Positions 1 through 13,404 of a stretch of DNA of 64,000 nt are shown here, one piece after another. Every line of letters starts with the position of its first letter. Position 1 is the stretch's first letter. Origin of the DNA: Lepidodermella squamata. Taxonomy: Eukaryota > Animalia > Gastrotricha. Under the pieces are notes generated by a model, which saw only the letters and a program-made list of their open reading frames with translations, did not search any database and was not told the DNA's origin. The stretch covers positions 4,030,001 through 4,094,000 of the forward strand of contig JBLDXI010000009.1 of the NCBI GenBank assembly GCA_047495785.1, read 5' to 3'. Both the position numbers and the translations under genes were made by a program.

Positions 1-1342
1 ATTTGTTGAAAGTTAATATCCTTTTTGATTAGCCGAAATCTTATTAGCGCCAGATTTATTGGTCTAGTATTTTTACAAAAAATGACAACTTACTTGGCCG
101 GGTAGACTCGGTTTTCCTGAGTTGACCGATTACCGCGGGTAAAAATGTCACCAAAATCGCGATTAACCGCATTTTTGGTGAGCGGGATAAATATTCGAGA
201 GCGAAAAATATTCTTAAAGTCGCTACCTATTATTAGAGCACAAGTTAATCACTACAGCTAACAATAGCGAGTGAACTCGGAGCCGAGACGCGCACGGAGC
301 CACCGCGCATCATTCATTATTACAGTTATAACGCGCGCGCGCGCAAAAGGTCGACGCAAGTTCAGTGCGCGTCCTCGTTACAACTGCGCGGAAAACATCT
401 CGCAGTACGTAAAAAACCAGATAGGATCAATTTATACATTGAGTTATACATTGAGTTGCTTAGATAGTATATAAGAACTAAAAAAGAATAACCACCAGGG
501 TTTGCGCATTGATTGCCCTTTGCGTCTGTTGCAAGGTGTAATAAAACGCCGCTAACGCTGTAACACTATGTTAACCTTTTAAACGCGCGTCGCATGTTTT
601 GTTATAATACGCGACAATGTTGGCGACTGTGTCATCTGATGCTTTATTGCCGTTAGCTACCTGGTATTGCAATATACACCGAACGCCAGGCAGTGAACGT
701 AAAGGTATAAGTCGCCATCTGTTTATGCACTGGATATACAAGAGTGAGCAGATGAACAGCGCTAATTTTGACACAAAGACGGCTATTTTGAAAACTTAAC
801 AGTTGCCTTTCACACCTATGCCGCATCTCTTCCTTGAGTACCAGCCACCAGACTGATATTGAATTCAATGTTAAATTCTATTCCTGAATTTCTTTGAAAT
901 TGTTTGTAAAATTACCTTAAAATTATCTTTTTGATATTAAAATGGAAATTAAATTAATTATATTAGGAATTGGTGGCATGATCGACAACGTCAAAGTTTG
1001 TAACAAAGCCAAGAGATATTTAATAATTAAAAAATTCAAGCATCGATATTTCTTCCCGATATATGAAGCTATGGATGATACGCGACAACTCACAAAGCTT
1101 AACCTTATTCTCATTCTCACCGGTTTTATTTTTTGAATAAAATGTTAGCCAAATCCCTTGTCTTTGATCATCATGCGGAAATGACTGCAAATTTCAAGGG
1201 CTGTGGAAAAAAATCGATGGAAAATATGAAATTCGAAAATCGGAAAGCGGTTAAGAGCAGCATTCACGTGAAAAAAAATTACAAAAATAATGGCAGCATT
1301 CACAAAATTATTCAAAGTCAACATTTATAGACAGTTTCAGTG

Positions 1343-4300
1343 TTATTCGCAAACTGGGGGCGGAGCACTCCATTGGCCGTCATTTTGGCACGTGATTGCC
1401 TGTGCCCCGCGGAGGCGCCGATTCGCGGAGCATGTGTAAGTCACTCGATGACCTACAAGGTTACCAGGACCACTTGCTATCCCGCCAATAATTTGAGGAA
1501 TTTCTGCATTTAAATTAAAAATCACAAATAGTAATCAATAATACGACATTTTCAAAAATATTTTACCTGGGCAAGAGTTTACTAAACTGCATTGTCGGAT
1601 CTCGGTCGACCACTGGCCCTCTGCACTACAACGCAGGTCGAAAGACTGGGCGCCAGCTGCCGTTGTTCTGCCTTGGTTGCATGTCACAGTTTCCTTTGTT
1701 CCAACAAGAGCCGTGCCACCATCCGACCAATCACTGTTACCAACCGTCGCCGATGGGCATAATTTCGCCTTTTGACCATGTCCGAAATCAACATGAGCAC
1801 AAGGCCATCCTTCGAATTCAACCGGGTAAATACGCATATATCTGGCAACGATTCCGTAAGGCAACAGGCTGCAGACTTTAATCGTGACGGAGTTAACATT
1901 CCCGTCGAAAATTTTCACCCCGCCTGACGCGTCGCTAACATTGGTCCAAGTAAGTCCGTCGATAGAATAAGCAATGCTGAATTTAGTCGTGTAATAATTG
2001 TTACGACGGCAGCCTGATATTGCGTACCAGCCGACTGAGTAAGGAAGGCCCAGGTCTAACTGAAGCCAAGAAGCATTTCTATCACAGACTGCAGGCCGCC
2101 AAGCTTCGACTGCATCCGTATCAAAAGTCGACTTGTCAGGATGAAATTTGTCGCCGACATTACGACAGGCCTCTCCACAAGTCTCTGCTGCTGATTCCTT
2201 GTACCAACTTGATGCAACCCTATTCTGGCCAGTGAGGAATGACGTTTTCCTTTCAGCCTCGGTAAAACATGTATACTGAACGTAGGCGTACATTGAACAC
2301 GATGGGCAGTCAGTATCGCCCTTCCAGAAGATTTTCGCAGGCATACCACAGCTATCTTCTCCGTTGCATTCCAAAGACACGGTTGTAGAAATATCGTCCC
2401 AGTTGCAACCACCTCGATACAAGTTGCAGCTTCTCTTAGAGCTCTGGTCCGATCCACAGCTTGCAGATCTTGCCGCGGCGTAAGGGCTGTAAAGATTGTC
2501 AGATCCACATTTCTTCTCATCGTCAATTCCCATTCGGCCGAAATGAGCTTCTAAGACCTGAATTTTATTGCCGTCGTCACATTTCAAGTTCAACTGGCTG
2601 CCGAAACAAGCTTGGGCGATTTTGACCACCGGGCAACGCTCTGCTTCTTTACGAATTTCTTCGTAACAATCCTCGTCGATTTTCCCATCGAAATCGTTGT
2701 CAATATTGTCGCCGCACAGTTCTTCGTCAACCACGCCGTCACAGTCGTTATCGCGTTGATCGCTGATAATCATTCGACTGGTTTTGCAGTCGTCGGTAAT
2801 ACTGATGCAAGATCCGGTCGGGTAGCCAATCGATTCGCGGTCACCTGAGCCGTAGATATAGGCTTCGAATCTTGTGCCAGGCACAGTGTGCTCAATGCGG
2901 TATTGATGGTAGGCCGAGCTAAGCCGGAAAAACCCTCCGACCATAGCTGGCACTGCGCCAGTTCCCGTGCCTGGAATGTCATTCCACCGGATAGATTGCA
3001 AATTTGGCCGATAACTTGAATCAGTCGAGGTGAGCTGGAAACCGTTTCGCAATGACTTCTCAACAATAAGGGTCATGAAATCTGTGTAAGGGCTCGAAAC
3101 ACCGATTGGTGTGACAAAGGAATAGCCAAATCCGAACTGTTTCGTCGGGATACAAATTGTCATCGACGGATCGCCAGGTATTCCATTTTGCGGGGCGCCA
3201 ATTGCTGAATGAGAGAACTGAATGGCCTGAAATGGCTTGTCACTTTGCGAATAGAATCGCATCCAAATGGTGACAGACTCTGCGGGGAAGCGTACCGACT
3301 GCCTCGCGTTCAGTCTGTACTCCTGCTCCGGCGTGCCTCGATACGAGTCAACTTTTATAACAGTGTTATCCTTCGCAGCTGTTATGACCCAGTAGTCAAA
3401 AAGCCCAGCGGTACGATTGGGCGTTGGCCAAGCTATGCAATCCGTGCCCCAGGTGTAAGTCGGAAATAGTTGCTCCACTTGGTGATCTCGAGAGGGCGAG
3501 GTACCTACGTTCACACGAGAGTTTCCCGACCAAACAGCCACGTTATCCTCGGCTTCGATAAGGGCTCCAGTAAGGTCACATAAGTCTTGGATTTGTAGCA
3601 CTTCAAAAGGCTTCAGTGGTATGTTGACGAGCTTCTCTCCATTCGAATAACTTTTTCCTTGGTAAGGAACTTGGCAGTAAGTTGTTCCACCTCCATCAGT
3701 GACTAATGACAAGAAAACATAACTTGGAATTCATGGCTTCATGGAAGGCGGGACTCTTACTTCCTTCGGGGCTTAGATCTTGATCCCAGTTTCCAACATT
3801 CCTTGTAGGTGTTCGTGGCAGAGTTATATTCACGCGAGTATTGCTTGCTGCTACAACAGCGAACTCGCAGTTATACTTGGGTGGCCAGAAACACGCGGCC
3901 ATGTAACTGGTTCCGAGCGATAGAGTGGGTAGACCCATGAAAGCGTCAGCTGTGAAATTCTCTTTGTTCACGCCATAGAAAACGAACGGCTTATCAGACT
4001 TGAGTCGAAGTGCTTTCTTCTCAATCACTAGAGCGAAGTTCCTTTCGTTGTCGGTAACCTGACAGAAAAGTTTTTTTTACCTTAAAGTTTTGGGAATATA
4101 GCAGTACGAACCTTCCAAGTGTACGGAATGGTGACTTGCTTCACCTGCTTATAAGCGACGGTGAATACCTCGTTGATTGGCGAATTACGGGTAGGATACG
4201 GGTCTGAATCGAGCGTCACCGTGATAGGTGTCATGCTGTTATCTTGGCTGACCCAAATCTCCAGCGACTTGTTGACAGGATTCTCGGCTCGATTAGACAT

Positions 4301-4725
4301 GAAAGCGACCAGGAAATCCTTACCAACATTGGACACATCGCAGGCTATGAGGCCTTTGTAGTAGAAGTTCTGCTTATCGCCGACTCTGACATATTCGATT
4401 CCGTTGTCGCAACTGTCGCTAACCATTTGACACTCCTGACGGTCGGTAACAAAATTGAAACCTTTGCATTCACTTGCTGTGTTGCATCGGTTTGCGCACT
4501 CAGCTAGTGTGCCTTCACGGCCTCGATAGTACAAGCCGAATCTTCGCCCGCCTGAGCAGATACCGTCGATTGTAGTGTAACCAGAAATACCTGAAAAAAT
4601 CGAAACAAATGGTAAAAACTCGCGGAAAGGTAACACTTCTTACTCGGCCTAGGATCTTGCGTCTGATCCAAAGCAGCTCTAACCGTCCAAACAATTGCCA
4701 GGGGAAAGAGTAGCCTCAGCGGCAT
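1343..4725 (-). CDS. Secreted mosaic protein, paralogue A (signal peptide, PAN/apple, IgGFc-binding N-terminal domain, 2x DNDCDG metal-binding-like motif, SUEL-like, F5/8 type C, 2x Sushi/CCP)
   Basis: Exons about 4725-4644, 4590-4112, 4058-3761, 3702-1567 and 1503-1343, joined by frame-preserving GT-AG introns. Signal peptide MPLRLLFPLAIVWTVRA; PAN motif CANRCNTASECKGFNF; IgGFc-type RDHQVEQLFPTYTWG and GDPSM; DNDCDGVVDEELCGDNIDNDFDGKIDEDC; SUEL-like ACFG..L.C...AHFGR; F5/8C WLQLDLG and ARYMRIYP; Sushi VTYTC...GAQAITCQNDGQWSAPPPVC. Confidence 0.88.
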
Positions 4726-5605
4726 TTTTACTTATTTTCGAGCTAATTGGTTGGGGAGGAAATCAAAATGACTGAAATATGAGATACAAAATGGTTGTGT
4801 AAGCTGTTCGCACTCATTCTTCGACAGAAAGTTCTCAGCTGACTAAATTCATGAGTTCATTGAGTTGATAGATTAACCCCTAATATAATGTTACCCTTTA
4901 TTGAGCAAGGTTGATTAGGGTGCACAAGTGTGTATGTGTGCGTGAGTAGGAAAACGACCAGTGCCGTCGACTGGTCGATGACTTTCACACGTACTGCTCT
5001 TCTTTGGGCATCAGAAAGGTGTAGTAAATGAAGCGCACGGGTAGCGGTGATAACGTGTAGTTAACACACGGAAGAGTGGTGTCAATGATATCATTTGGCG
5101 AGAAAGAAGATGCGTCCATCTTTACGAGCTGTTTTCGTTGAAAATTAATTGCTCTCTCACTCCACGCTTCTAGAGTTGACAAGAATGAGGTTTAGTTCAC
5201 GGTTTTATAGCGGTTCATATCGATTACCTTAGTTTCAGACTTCACCGTGAAAATGTGAAGCACGTGATCAAGGCTAACTGAACTTTAAAAAACAGGGCAC
5301 ATACCTCTTGCTACGCTCAATATTGTCTCATGCTGAGCTTCAGAATTGGCTTCGCTCATAACCTAAATACCTGATGATATTTCTATAAGATATATTTATA
5401 AACGACTCCATACTTTCTTGGCAGTCTCTGTTAAATTAGAATTTGTTCTCTTTTGATGTCGGATCATCTTCCTCAGAGAGGCTTTTACATCTTCTATAAG
5501 GGATTTAATGAAAATACTTTCGAAGGCGAATCAACAGGAAACAGGAAACTAAAATAGGTTCAGAAATGATCGTGTCATTTGATAGCTTCAATTTCTAATG
5601 ACAAA

Positions 5606-8600
5606 TCACTCGCAAGTTGGCGGAAGGTCGCTCCACGATCCATCTTCGCCGCAAGTGATAGAAGCTGGTCCCCGTAGCCTGAGGCCATTAAAGCAGGTGT
5701 AAAAGACCCGCTGGCCAATTTGATTGCCGCCACTAGCGAACCCGTTCGATATCTGAGGGACCTCTGAGGAAAAATAAAAGGTTTCATTGCTTTTTTTGTA
5801 ACAAGGATTCATTTAGTAATATACCGGAGCAGGATCTAACAGCGCTACACTGCTTAAATTCGCTTTCCCAAGACCCGCTAAGGCTGCAACGAACATCAAA
5901 TGATTTCGATCCATCTGCGGTGGTTCGCCCGGTGTTGCAAGTTATTGTCGCCTTAGAGCCAAAGAAAGCTGTGCCTCCCTCAGCCCAATCACTATTAGGT
6001 ACAGATCTCCACGAGCAAGTCCTTGATAGGGCAGCGTGGCCAAAATCAACATGAGCGCATGGCCAGTCACGGTATTCAATAGGGTGAATGCGTATGTACC
6101 GGGCAACAATGTTGTAAGCGAAAAGCGTGCAGATCTTAACGGAGACTGAGTCTGCATTACCATCGAACAACCGCATGCTATCTCCGTTGTAAATTATCGT
6201 CCACGTAAAGCCATCGATTGAGTAGGAAATTCCGAACTTGGTAACATAGTAGTTGTTGCGACGACAACCTGAAATTGCGTACCAGCCAACTGAGTGGACC
6301 AAACCAAGGTCGAGCTGTAACCAAGGCGTTTCCTTATCGCATTCAGCGGCTCGCCATGCCTCAACAGCATTAGAGCTGAAAGCTGATCTTTCAGGGTGGA
6401 ATTTACTGTCTGAATCCGAGCAAGAGGCACCGCATGAACCTGGCGATTTCTCCTTGTGCCAGCTTGATGCGACCCGGTTTTTGCTGCTTATATAGCTGAA
6501 CTCTTGCTCTCGGTCGCTTAGACAGGCGTATTGAACGTGAGCATACATCGAACAGGAAGGGCAGCTACTTAATCCCTTCCAGAATGCACTGGCAGGTACG
6601 TAACAGTTTTCTCGAGTGTTACACTCTTGAGAAACAGGGAGACTAATATCATCCCACTCACAGCCGTTATCAGTGTTAAAGCATTCGTTTCGCTTGCCAT
6701 CGCCACTGCAGGAGGCTCTTGACGACGGAGCAGTGTAGGGTGAGTAGAAATTGTCTGATCCGCAAGACGTCTCGCCTTGAAGGTTCATTCGGCCGAAATG
6801 GGCATCTAAGACTCTGATGCGGAAGCCATCATCGCATCTCAGGGCTAATTGGCTTCCGAAACAAGCTTGGGCAGTCTTCACCCGAGGACAGCGATCTGTA
6901 GTTCGAATTGGGCTTGTTGTTGTTGTAGTCGTAGTTGTAGTCGTAGTTCTTGTCGTTGTAGTTGGTGCCCGGGTTGACGGAGGAGGGCTTGGAGGAAGAG
7001 GAGGTAAGGTCCTAATAGGGGTACTTGGTGGGGGCCTTGGGGTGGTAGCAACGAATTCAGCGTAGCAATCCTCGTCAGTTTCACCGTCTAAGTCGTTATC
7101 AATACCATCACCGCAAAACTCTTCATCGACAGCTCCGTCGCAGTCGTTATCAACAAGATCGCCGATGATCATTCTGGTCCGTCTACATTCTTCAAGATTG
7201 GAAAATGAATCGTAAGAAAATATTAAAGATTAAAAAATTCACAAAAATACCTTCAAGATTTGTAATGCAGGCGCCAGTTGGATAAGCAATGGACTCACGA
7301 TCACCAGACCCGAAAATGTAGGCTTCAAATCTTACGTTGGGGTCATCATTTTCAATACGAAACTCGTTTTTATCATCCGGCAACTTGTATGAACCACCAA
7401 CCATGGCAGGGACTGAATTAGATCCCGTGCCCGGGATGTCATACCATCTTAAACCTTTCAGGTCATACGACTGTTGTGAATCTTTGGTCGTAAGCCTAAA
7501 ACTTTGGCGATACTCTCTGCCTACGATCAAAGTCATATATTTAGTGTAAGGGCTGGATACACCGATCGGAGTGACAAAGGTGTAGCCGAAGCCAAACTGA
7601 GCAGTTGGAATACAAATAGTCATAGAGGGATCTCCGGGAGTGGTCGTATCCTGCGGCATAGCGGAGTGAGAATACTGAACCGCTTGGAAAGGCTTATCAC
7701 GCTGCGACGAGAAACGCATCCATTCCGTAACCGATCGAGCCGGAAATCGAACAGACTCCTTCGCATCTAATGAAGTAGTATACGTTCTCCGCTCGCTTGA
7801 TTGCACTGTGACAACAGTGTTATCATACAGGGCCGTGATGACCCAATAGTCAAAGAGCCTCTCGGTGCGATTTGGCGTAGGCCAAGCTATGCAATCATTG
7901 CCCCAAGTGACCGTAGGGAAAAGCTGTTCGACCAAGTGGTCCCTGGATGGCGAAGTTCCAACATTTACGCGAGAATTACCCGACCAAACTGCAACATTTT
8001 CAGAAGAAGTAATCAATGTACCAGTAAGGTCGCATTCGTCTTGAATCTGTAGAACTTCCATCGGACGCAAGAGTACGTTCAAAATAGTTTCTCCATTGCC
8101 GTAATTCCGCCTGTTGTAGCTGACTTTACAAGCTGTATTTCCAGCACTTTTATCCTGATCCCAATCTCCCTCGTTTCTCGCCGGCGTTGAGGGGAGTGTT
8201 ATGTTTACGAAAGTGGGGATGGTTGTAGCAATAGCGAGTTCGCAATTATAGTTTGGCGGCCAAAAGCAAGATACGACGTATGACTTCCCAAGGGCAGTCG
8301 TTGGAAGGCCCAAAAACGCATCGGCGGTAAAATTCTCCTTGTTAACACCATAGAGCATGAAAAGCTGGTCTGATTTAAGGACCATGGCTTTCTTTTCGAT
8401 TGAAAATGAATTATCAGCGTCAAACATCTAAATTTTTTGAAGAGATAATTAGGATTGGTTCAGAATGAATTAAAGGCATGACGCACCTTCCAAGTATAAG
8501 GAATATATTGCGGGAGGATGTCGCGATATGGGAGAGAAATGGTTTTGTCTATTGGAGCATTTTCAGTTGGTGCGGGGTCTGACTTGAAGGTGATGGTGAT

Positions 8601-9120
8601 CGGGTTCTCGTTCATATCTTGAGTTACCCAAATCTCAAGGTCTTTCTTCACCGGACTGTCGGGACGATTAGCCATGAATGCAACAATAAACTCGCGACCG
8701 ACGTTCGAAACATCACACGCGATTTCTCCCTTTCGATAGTAGTTCCGTCTAGGTTCGGATCTTACCGGAACTATGTTTTCGCAATCCTGCCCGAATAACT
8801 GACACTCTTGGCTGTCGGTGAAGAAGTTGAAGCCACGACAGCTCGGCTGTATATTGCAGCGCCTAGCGCACGCCAAAAGAGTTCCCTCTCGACCCTGATA
8901 GTATTCTCCATTACTTTCGTCGGCACATATTCCGTCAATGGCAGTGTATCCCTTTATTCCTACGAAAATAAGCCTATCAATTATAAATAATCTTGGCATT
9001 ATAAGATGGTTTACCCGGCCTGGAATCTCCAGCAATTCGTCTTTGTTCTCTTTGTACCTGAGCTTTTACCGTTGCTGATATGATTGCTGTAGCGACCAGA
9101 AGTCGCAAAGCAATTATCAT
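5606..9120 (-). CDS. Secreted mosaic protein, paralogue B (same architecture plus a Thr/Pro-rich mucin-like linker)
   Basis: ATG at 9120 (MIIALRLLVATAIISATVKA signal peptide). Exons about 9120-9015, 8959-8487, 8427-7251, 7189-5825 and about 5763-5606. Same domain motifs as A; a PTS-rich insert follows the DNDCDG repeats. Confidence 0.87.
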
Positions 9121-10147
9121 GTCTAAAGATAGTAAAGCAAAAAGCTGGTTTTAAACTCAAATTAAATTCTGGGGTAGATTCAAAATGCTGTGAGGATCTG
9201 AGGTACTTTTTCCTTCTAGTTCTGTAACACACTTTTGCCATTAGAGAGTTGGAAGCATCTAAAGGTCAATTAAGCCGCTTGAGGCCGGTAAAAAGCTTGC
9301 TCGTGCCATCAGTGTCATTACAAACTTTCAGCTTATTCAAAAAGCTGTTTATTTTCCACTCGCTTTCATGCTGACATCGGTCAGCAAACTTATGTAGGGT
9401 GAAGGTTAAGCTCCACGCAACCTGAACACGATTCACTAGTATTAATTGCAAATCGGTGGGCAGTGAATTCGTGTCAAGTACCCAGTAGCAGTATTATAAC
9501 CATGATAACTTTTTGATTACGTGCGTGATAAATTCGTTGGCGCTGCTGAAATGAAGAATGTTGTGGAAAAAGAACAAAATTTCACTCAGTTGTTCAGGTC
9601 AATCTCGAGTTTAGCCCTGCTGTAATTTGTTTTTCTTATTATGCCTTCATTTTACCCTTTTACGTGCACTATGCAAATGCTTTAGGCATGAAGCACGCAT
9701 TGAGTTCAACATTGGGAAAACCTCTCCCGGAGCCTGAGAGCGTCAGTTCCGTTTGATAGCATGTTTGCGGATTCAGTAAAACTGCTATATATAGCCGTCT
9801 CAAAGGTTACCTTGTTATTTTGACAAAAATCAACAAGTATTAAAAGCTGATAGCAGCTTCTAGTGGTTAATTTTGTTTCCATTCAATTACTCAGGTGTTA
9901 ACAACTGCACTATTTATTATCTAAAAAGTACACTCAGGAAACAAAGGAAAGAACATGTACATTGGACAAAACATCATAATTTTGATGTGTGCTATTTCTA
10001 ATGTCAATTTATGGCAGCTGCTTCGGGGATCATGAGATGCAAAACCAGAAAACCATTTCATTCAATCAGCACTTTGTAAATAATCATATAGGAAGTGCGT
10101 CAATTCAAGGCATCTTCGGTTTTCCTAACTAGCATTTGCCGTCTCGC

Positions 10148-13100
10148 TTAAGCGCAGGTTGGAGCCCGATCGCTCCACGTACCATCATTGCGGCACGTGA
10201 TCGTGGACGCTCCGGTGAGACGGCGGCCGTTGAAGCAGGTATAGGTGATTCTGTTACCAACTAGGTTACCAGGTCCGCTCGGGGTACCGTTGTCGATCTG
10301 CGGAACCTCTGTACATCATAACCAAAATTGTTCGAAAATTTAGTGAGGTGAAATTGAAACTAAACTAACCAGGGCAAGAGTAGACCAAGTCGCATTGCTT
10401 TACAGGCGAATCCCACTTGCCATCAGCGCTGCAGCTCATCTCGTATGACTGGGCGCCGCCAGAGGTTGTGCGACCCTTGTTGCAGGTAACAAGAGCCCTC
10501 GTGCCAACCAATGCTGTACCTCCTTCAGCCCAGTTGCTGTTAGCAATAGTCTGAAGCGGGCACGATTTGACGGCAGCGCTGTGACCGAAATCAAGATGGG
10601 CGCAGGGCCAGTCCTTCGACTCAGTCGGGTAGATACGAACAAAACGTGCCGTGATGTTCTGACTGATGATTGTGCAAACTTTGACGTTGATTGAGTCAGA
10701 ATTTCCGCTGAATACCCGGTCTTGGCCGTTGGCATCTTTCACTGAGGTCCATCTCATGTTGTCGGTCGAGTAGGCCATCGTGAACTTGCTGATGTAGTTG
10801 TTGTAGCGACGGCAGCCTGAGATGGCATACCAGCCGAGCTGGTATGCACTGCCAAGATCGATTTGAAGCCATGGGGTAGTCTTGTCACAGGCAGCTGGGC
10901 GCCAAGCTTCAACAGCGTTGGTTCCGAAATGCGATTTTTGTGGGTGGAATTTATCGCCAGACTGGCCACATGTGTTGCCGCAAGATTCAGCAGCGGTCTC
11001 TTTGTACCAGCTGGAGGCAGTTCTGGTCTGAGTTGTCATCAAATTGGAGAATTTCAACTCATTGGGCGAAAGGCAGGCGTACTGGGCTTGTGCATACAAA
11101 GAGCTCGACGGGCAGTTGGAATCTCCCTTCCAGAAAGTGTTCACAGGAATAACGCACTTGCTTTTCCCGCGGCATTGAAGCTGAACATTCAACAGCGTGT
11201 CTGCCCAGTTGCAGCTCGTGTCTGAGTTGCATTTATTCTCGGCGTTGTCAGCGGCGCAACTTGCTCTAGACTGGGTCCAGAGATTATCGTTACCGCAGCT
11301 GAGTTCGGCAGCTACACCCATTCGGCCGAAATGCGCATCGAAAACGTTGATGTCAGTGTTATTCGGGCAGCTAAGCACCAACTGGCCGTTGAAACAGGCT
11401 TGGGCAACCTTGACATCAGGGCATCGGTCACCGGTGAGGATTCTTGGAGCGAGAGGTGCTGGTTTTCTGGCGTAGCAATCCTCGTCAATCTTGCCGTCAA
11501 AGTCATTATCAACATTATCGCCGCAAAGCTCCTCGTCAACAACGCCATCGCAATCGTTGTCTTTTTCGTCGCCAACTCTCAGCTCTTTCTCAGGGGCGCA
11601 TTGCGTCAAGCGTGACGAGCAAGACCCGGTCGGGTAGGCGATTGACTCACGATCTCCAGCACCATAGATGTAGGCCTCGAACCGAGTGCCTCGGACAGTG
11701 TGTTCGACGCGGAATTGTTGTTTGGTGTTGTCGAGCTTGTACCAACCACCGACCATTTGCGGCTCTTCAGACGGAATGCCGGGGACGTCGACCCAATTGA
11801 TGTTCCTCAGTGGTGCATTGTCAAGAAGGAACCCATCCTTGTCAGCTTTTTTAGCGATGATGGTCAAGTAGTTGGTATATGTCGAAGCGACACCAGTTGG
11901 TGTGACGAATGAATATCCGTAACCAAACTGGGCTGTGGGAATGCAAACAGTCATGGAAGGGTCGCCTGGAACTCTTGTGTCGGTCGCTGAATGAGTGTAT
12001 TGCATCGCCTGGAATGTCTGGTCCTTATCTGTCGGCCGTGTTGCTTTAGGACTTGAAAATCGCATCCATTCAGTCACTGATGCAGCTGGGAACCGAACCG
12101 ACTCGTATGCCTTGAGAGTGTAGGTTCTTCTTGGCCGCTCGTTCGAATCAACGTTGACGACCGCGCCTTGCTCTGATGCTGTGATAACCCAATAGTCGAA
12201 CAACCCGCCAACACGGCTCGGTGTAGGCCAGGCGATGCAGTCAGTGCCCCAAGTAGCAACTGGGAAGAGTTGCTCGACAAGATGGTCACGAGACAGCGAA
12301 CCTCCGACATTAACGCGAGCATTGCCAGACCAGACCGAAACATCATTGTTTGCAGTGATCAAAGAGCCAGTCAGATCACACTTGTCTTGAATCTGCAAGA
12401 CGTCCAACGGGTTCAACTGAACATTAGTGATAGTGTCACCGTTCGTATAAGTCTTGCCCTGGTAGCTCACAGAGCATTTTGCGTCGTTGGTTGGAGGAGT
12501 GATCGGTTGGTCCCAGGTCCCGTCGTTGTTTGTTGGCACTCTCGGCAGAGTTACGTTAACGCGAGTCGCACGGCTTGCCGCGACAGCAAATTCGCAGTTT
12601 GTTGTTGGTGGGTAGAAACATACTGCGACGTAGGAGCGACCAAGACTCTCCGAAGGCAGGCCAGTGAAAGCATCGGCAGTATAGAATTCCTTGTTGACTC
12701 CGTAGAGGACGAAGTCTTTGTCAGACTTGACACGGACAGCCTTCTTCTCAATGATCATCGCTTGGTTGATGTCAGAATTGGTCATCTTCCACGTTGAAGG
12801 GATCAAGAATTTGTTCACCTCTTTGTTTGCGATGGTCAATCGCTGTGATTGTCTTGTATTTCCAGTAGGGTTGGCATCGGATTCGAGTGTGATGAGGGCT
12901 CTATCAGCCTTGTCCTGAGAAACCCATATCTCCAAAGACATATTGACTGGTTTTTCAGCACGGTTTGACATGAAGGCTACCAAGAACTCCTTCCCTTCAG
13001 TTCCTGTTTCGCAAGCAATTGAACCGCGAAGGTAGAAGTTTTGAGGGTTTCCAGCTGGAGCGGGCGAGGTTTTGTCGCACTCCTTTCCGAAAAGCTGGCA

Positions 13101-13404
13101 TTCTTGCTCAAGCGCCTTGAAATTAAACCCCTTGCATTCGGCACTCCGCCTGCATCGCTCTGCACATTTTTTAAGGGTTCCGTCCCGTCCAGAAAGCAAG
13201 CCGCCGGATTGGATTCTGTCGTTATTGTTGGTACAGATTCCGTCTATTGCCGTGAACTCCATGATAGCTATAAAAAGATAAGTTTATAACCATTTTTTTG
13301 TTCATTTCGTTAGAATTACTCGGCCTAGTGGCGTCCGTTTTCCTCAACTGCCCAAAAGCAGCTGGTGCCAACGCAGCAGCGATGGCGAGAAAGCTGCACA
13401 GCAT
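10148..13404 (-). CDS. Secreted mosaic protein, paralogue C
   Basis: Signal exon MLCSFLAIAAALAPAAFG from 13404; 965-aa main ORF 13262-10365 carrying PAN through the first Sushi; last Sushi exon about 10308-10148 ending PTCA-stop. Confidence 0.88.

Noticed and set aside
1-460. Possible transposon end and a 12 bp tandem duplication (TTATACATTGAG x2) at the window start
   Set aside because: No partner terminus or second copy in the window, so it cannot be supported.
3160-3180. GDP motif as an FCGBP/mucin GDPH autocleavage site
   Set aside because: The sequence is GDPS within the IgGFc-binding domain and no VWD domain is present.
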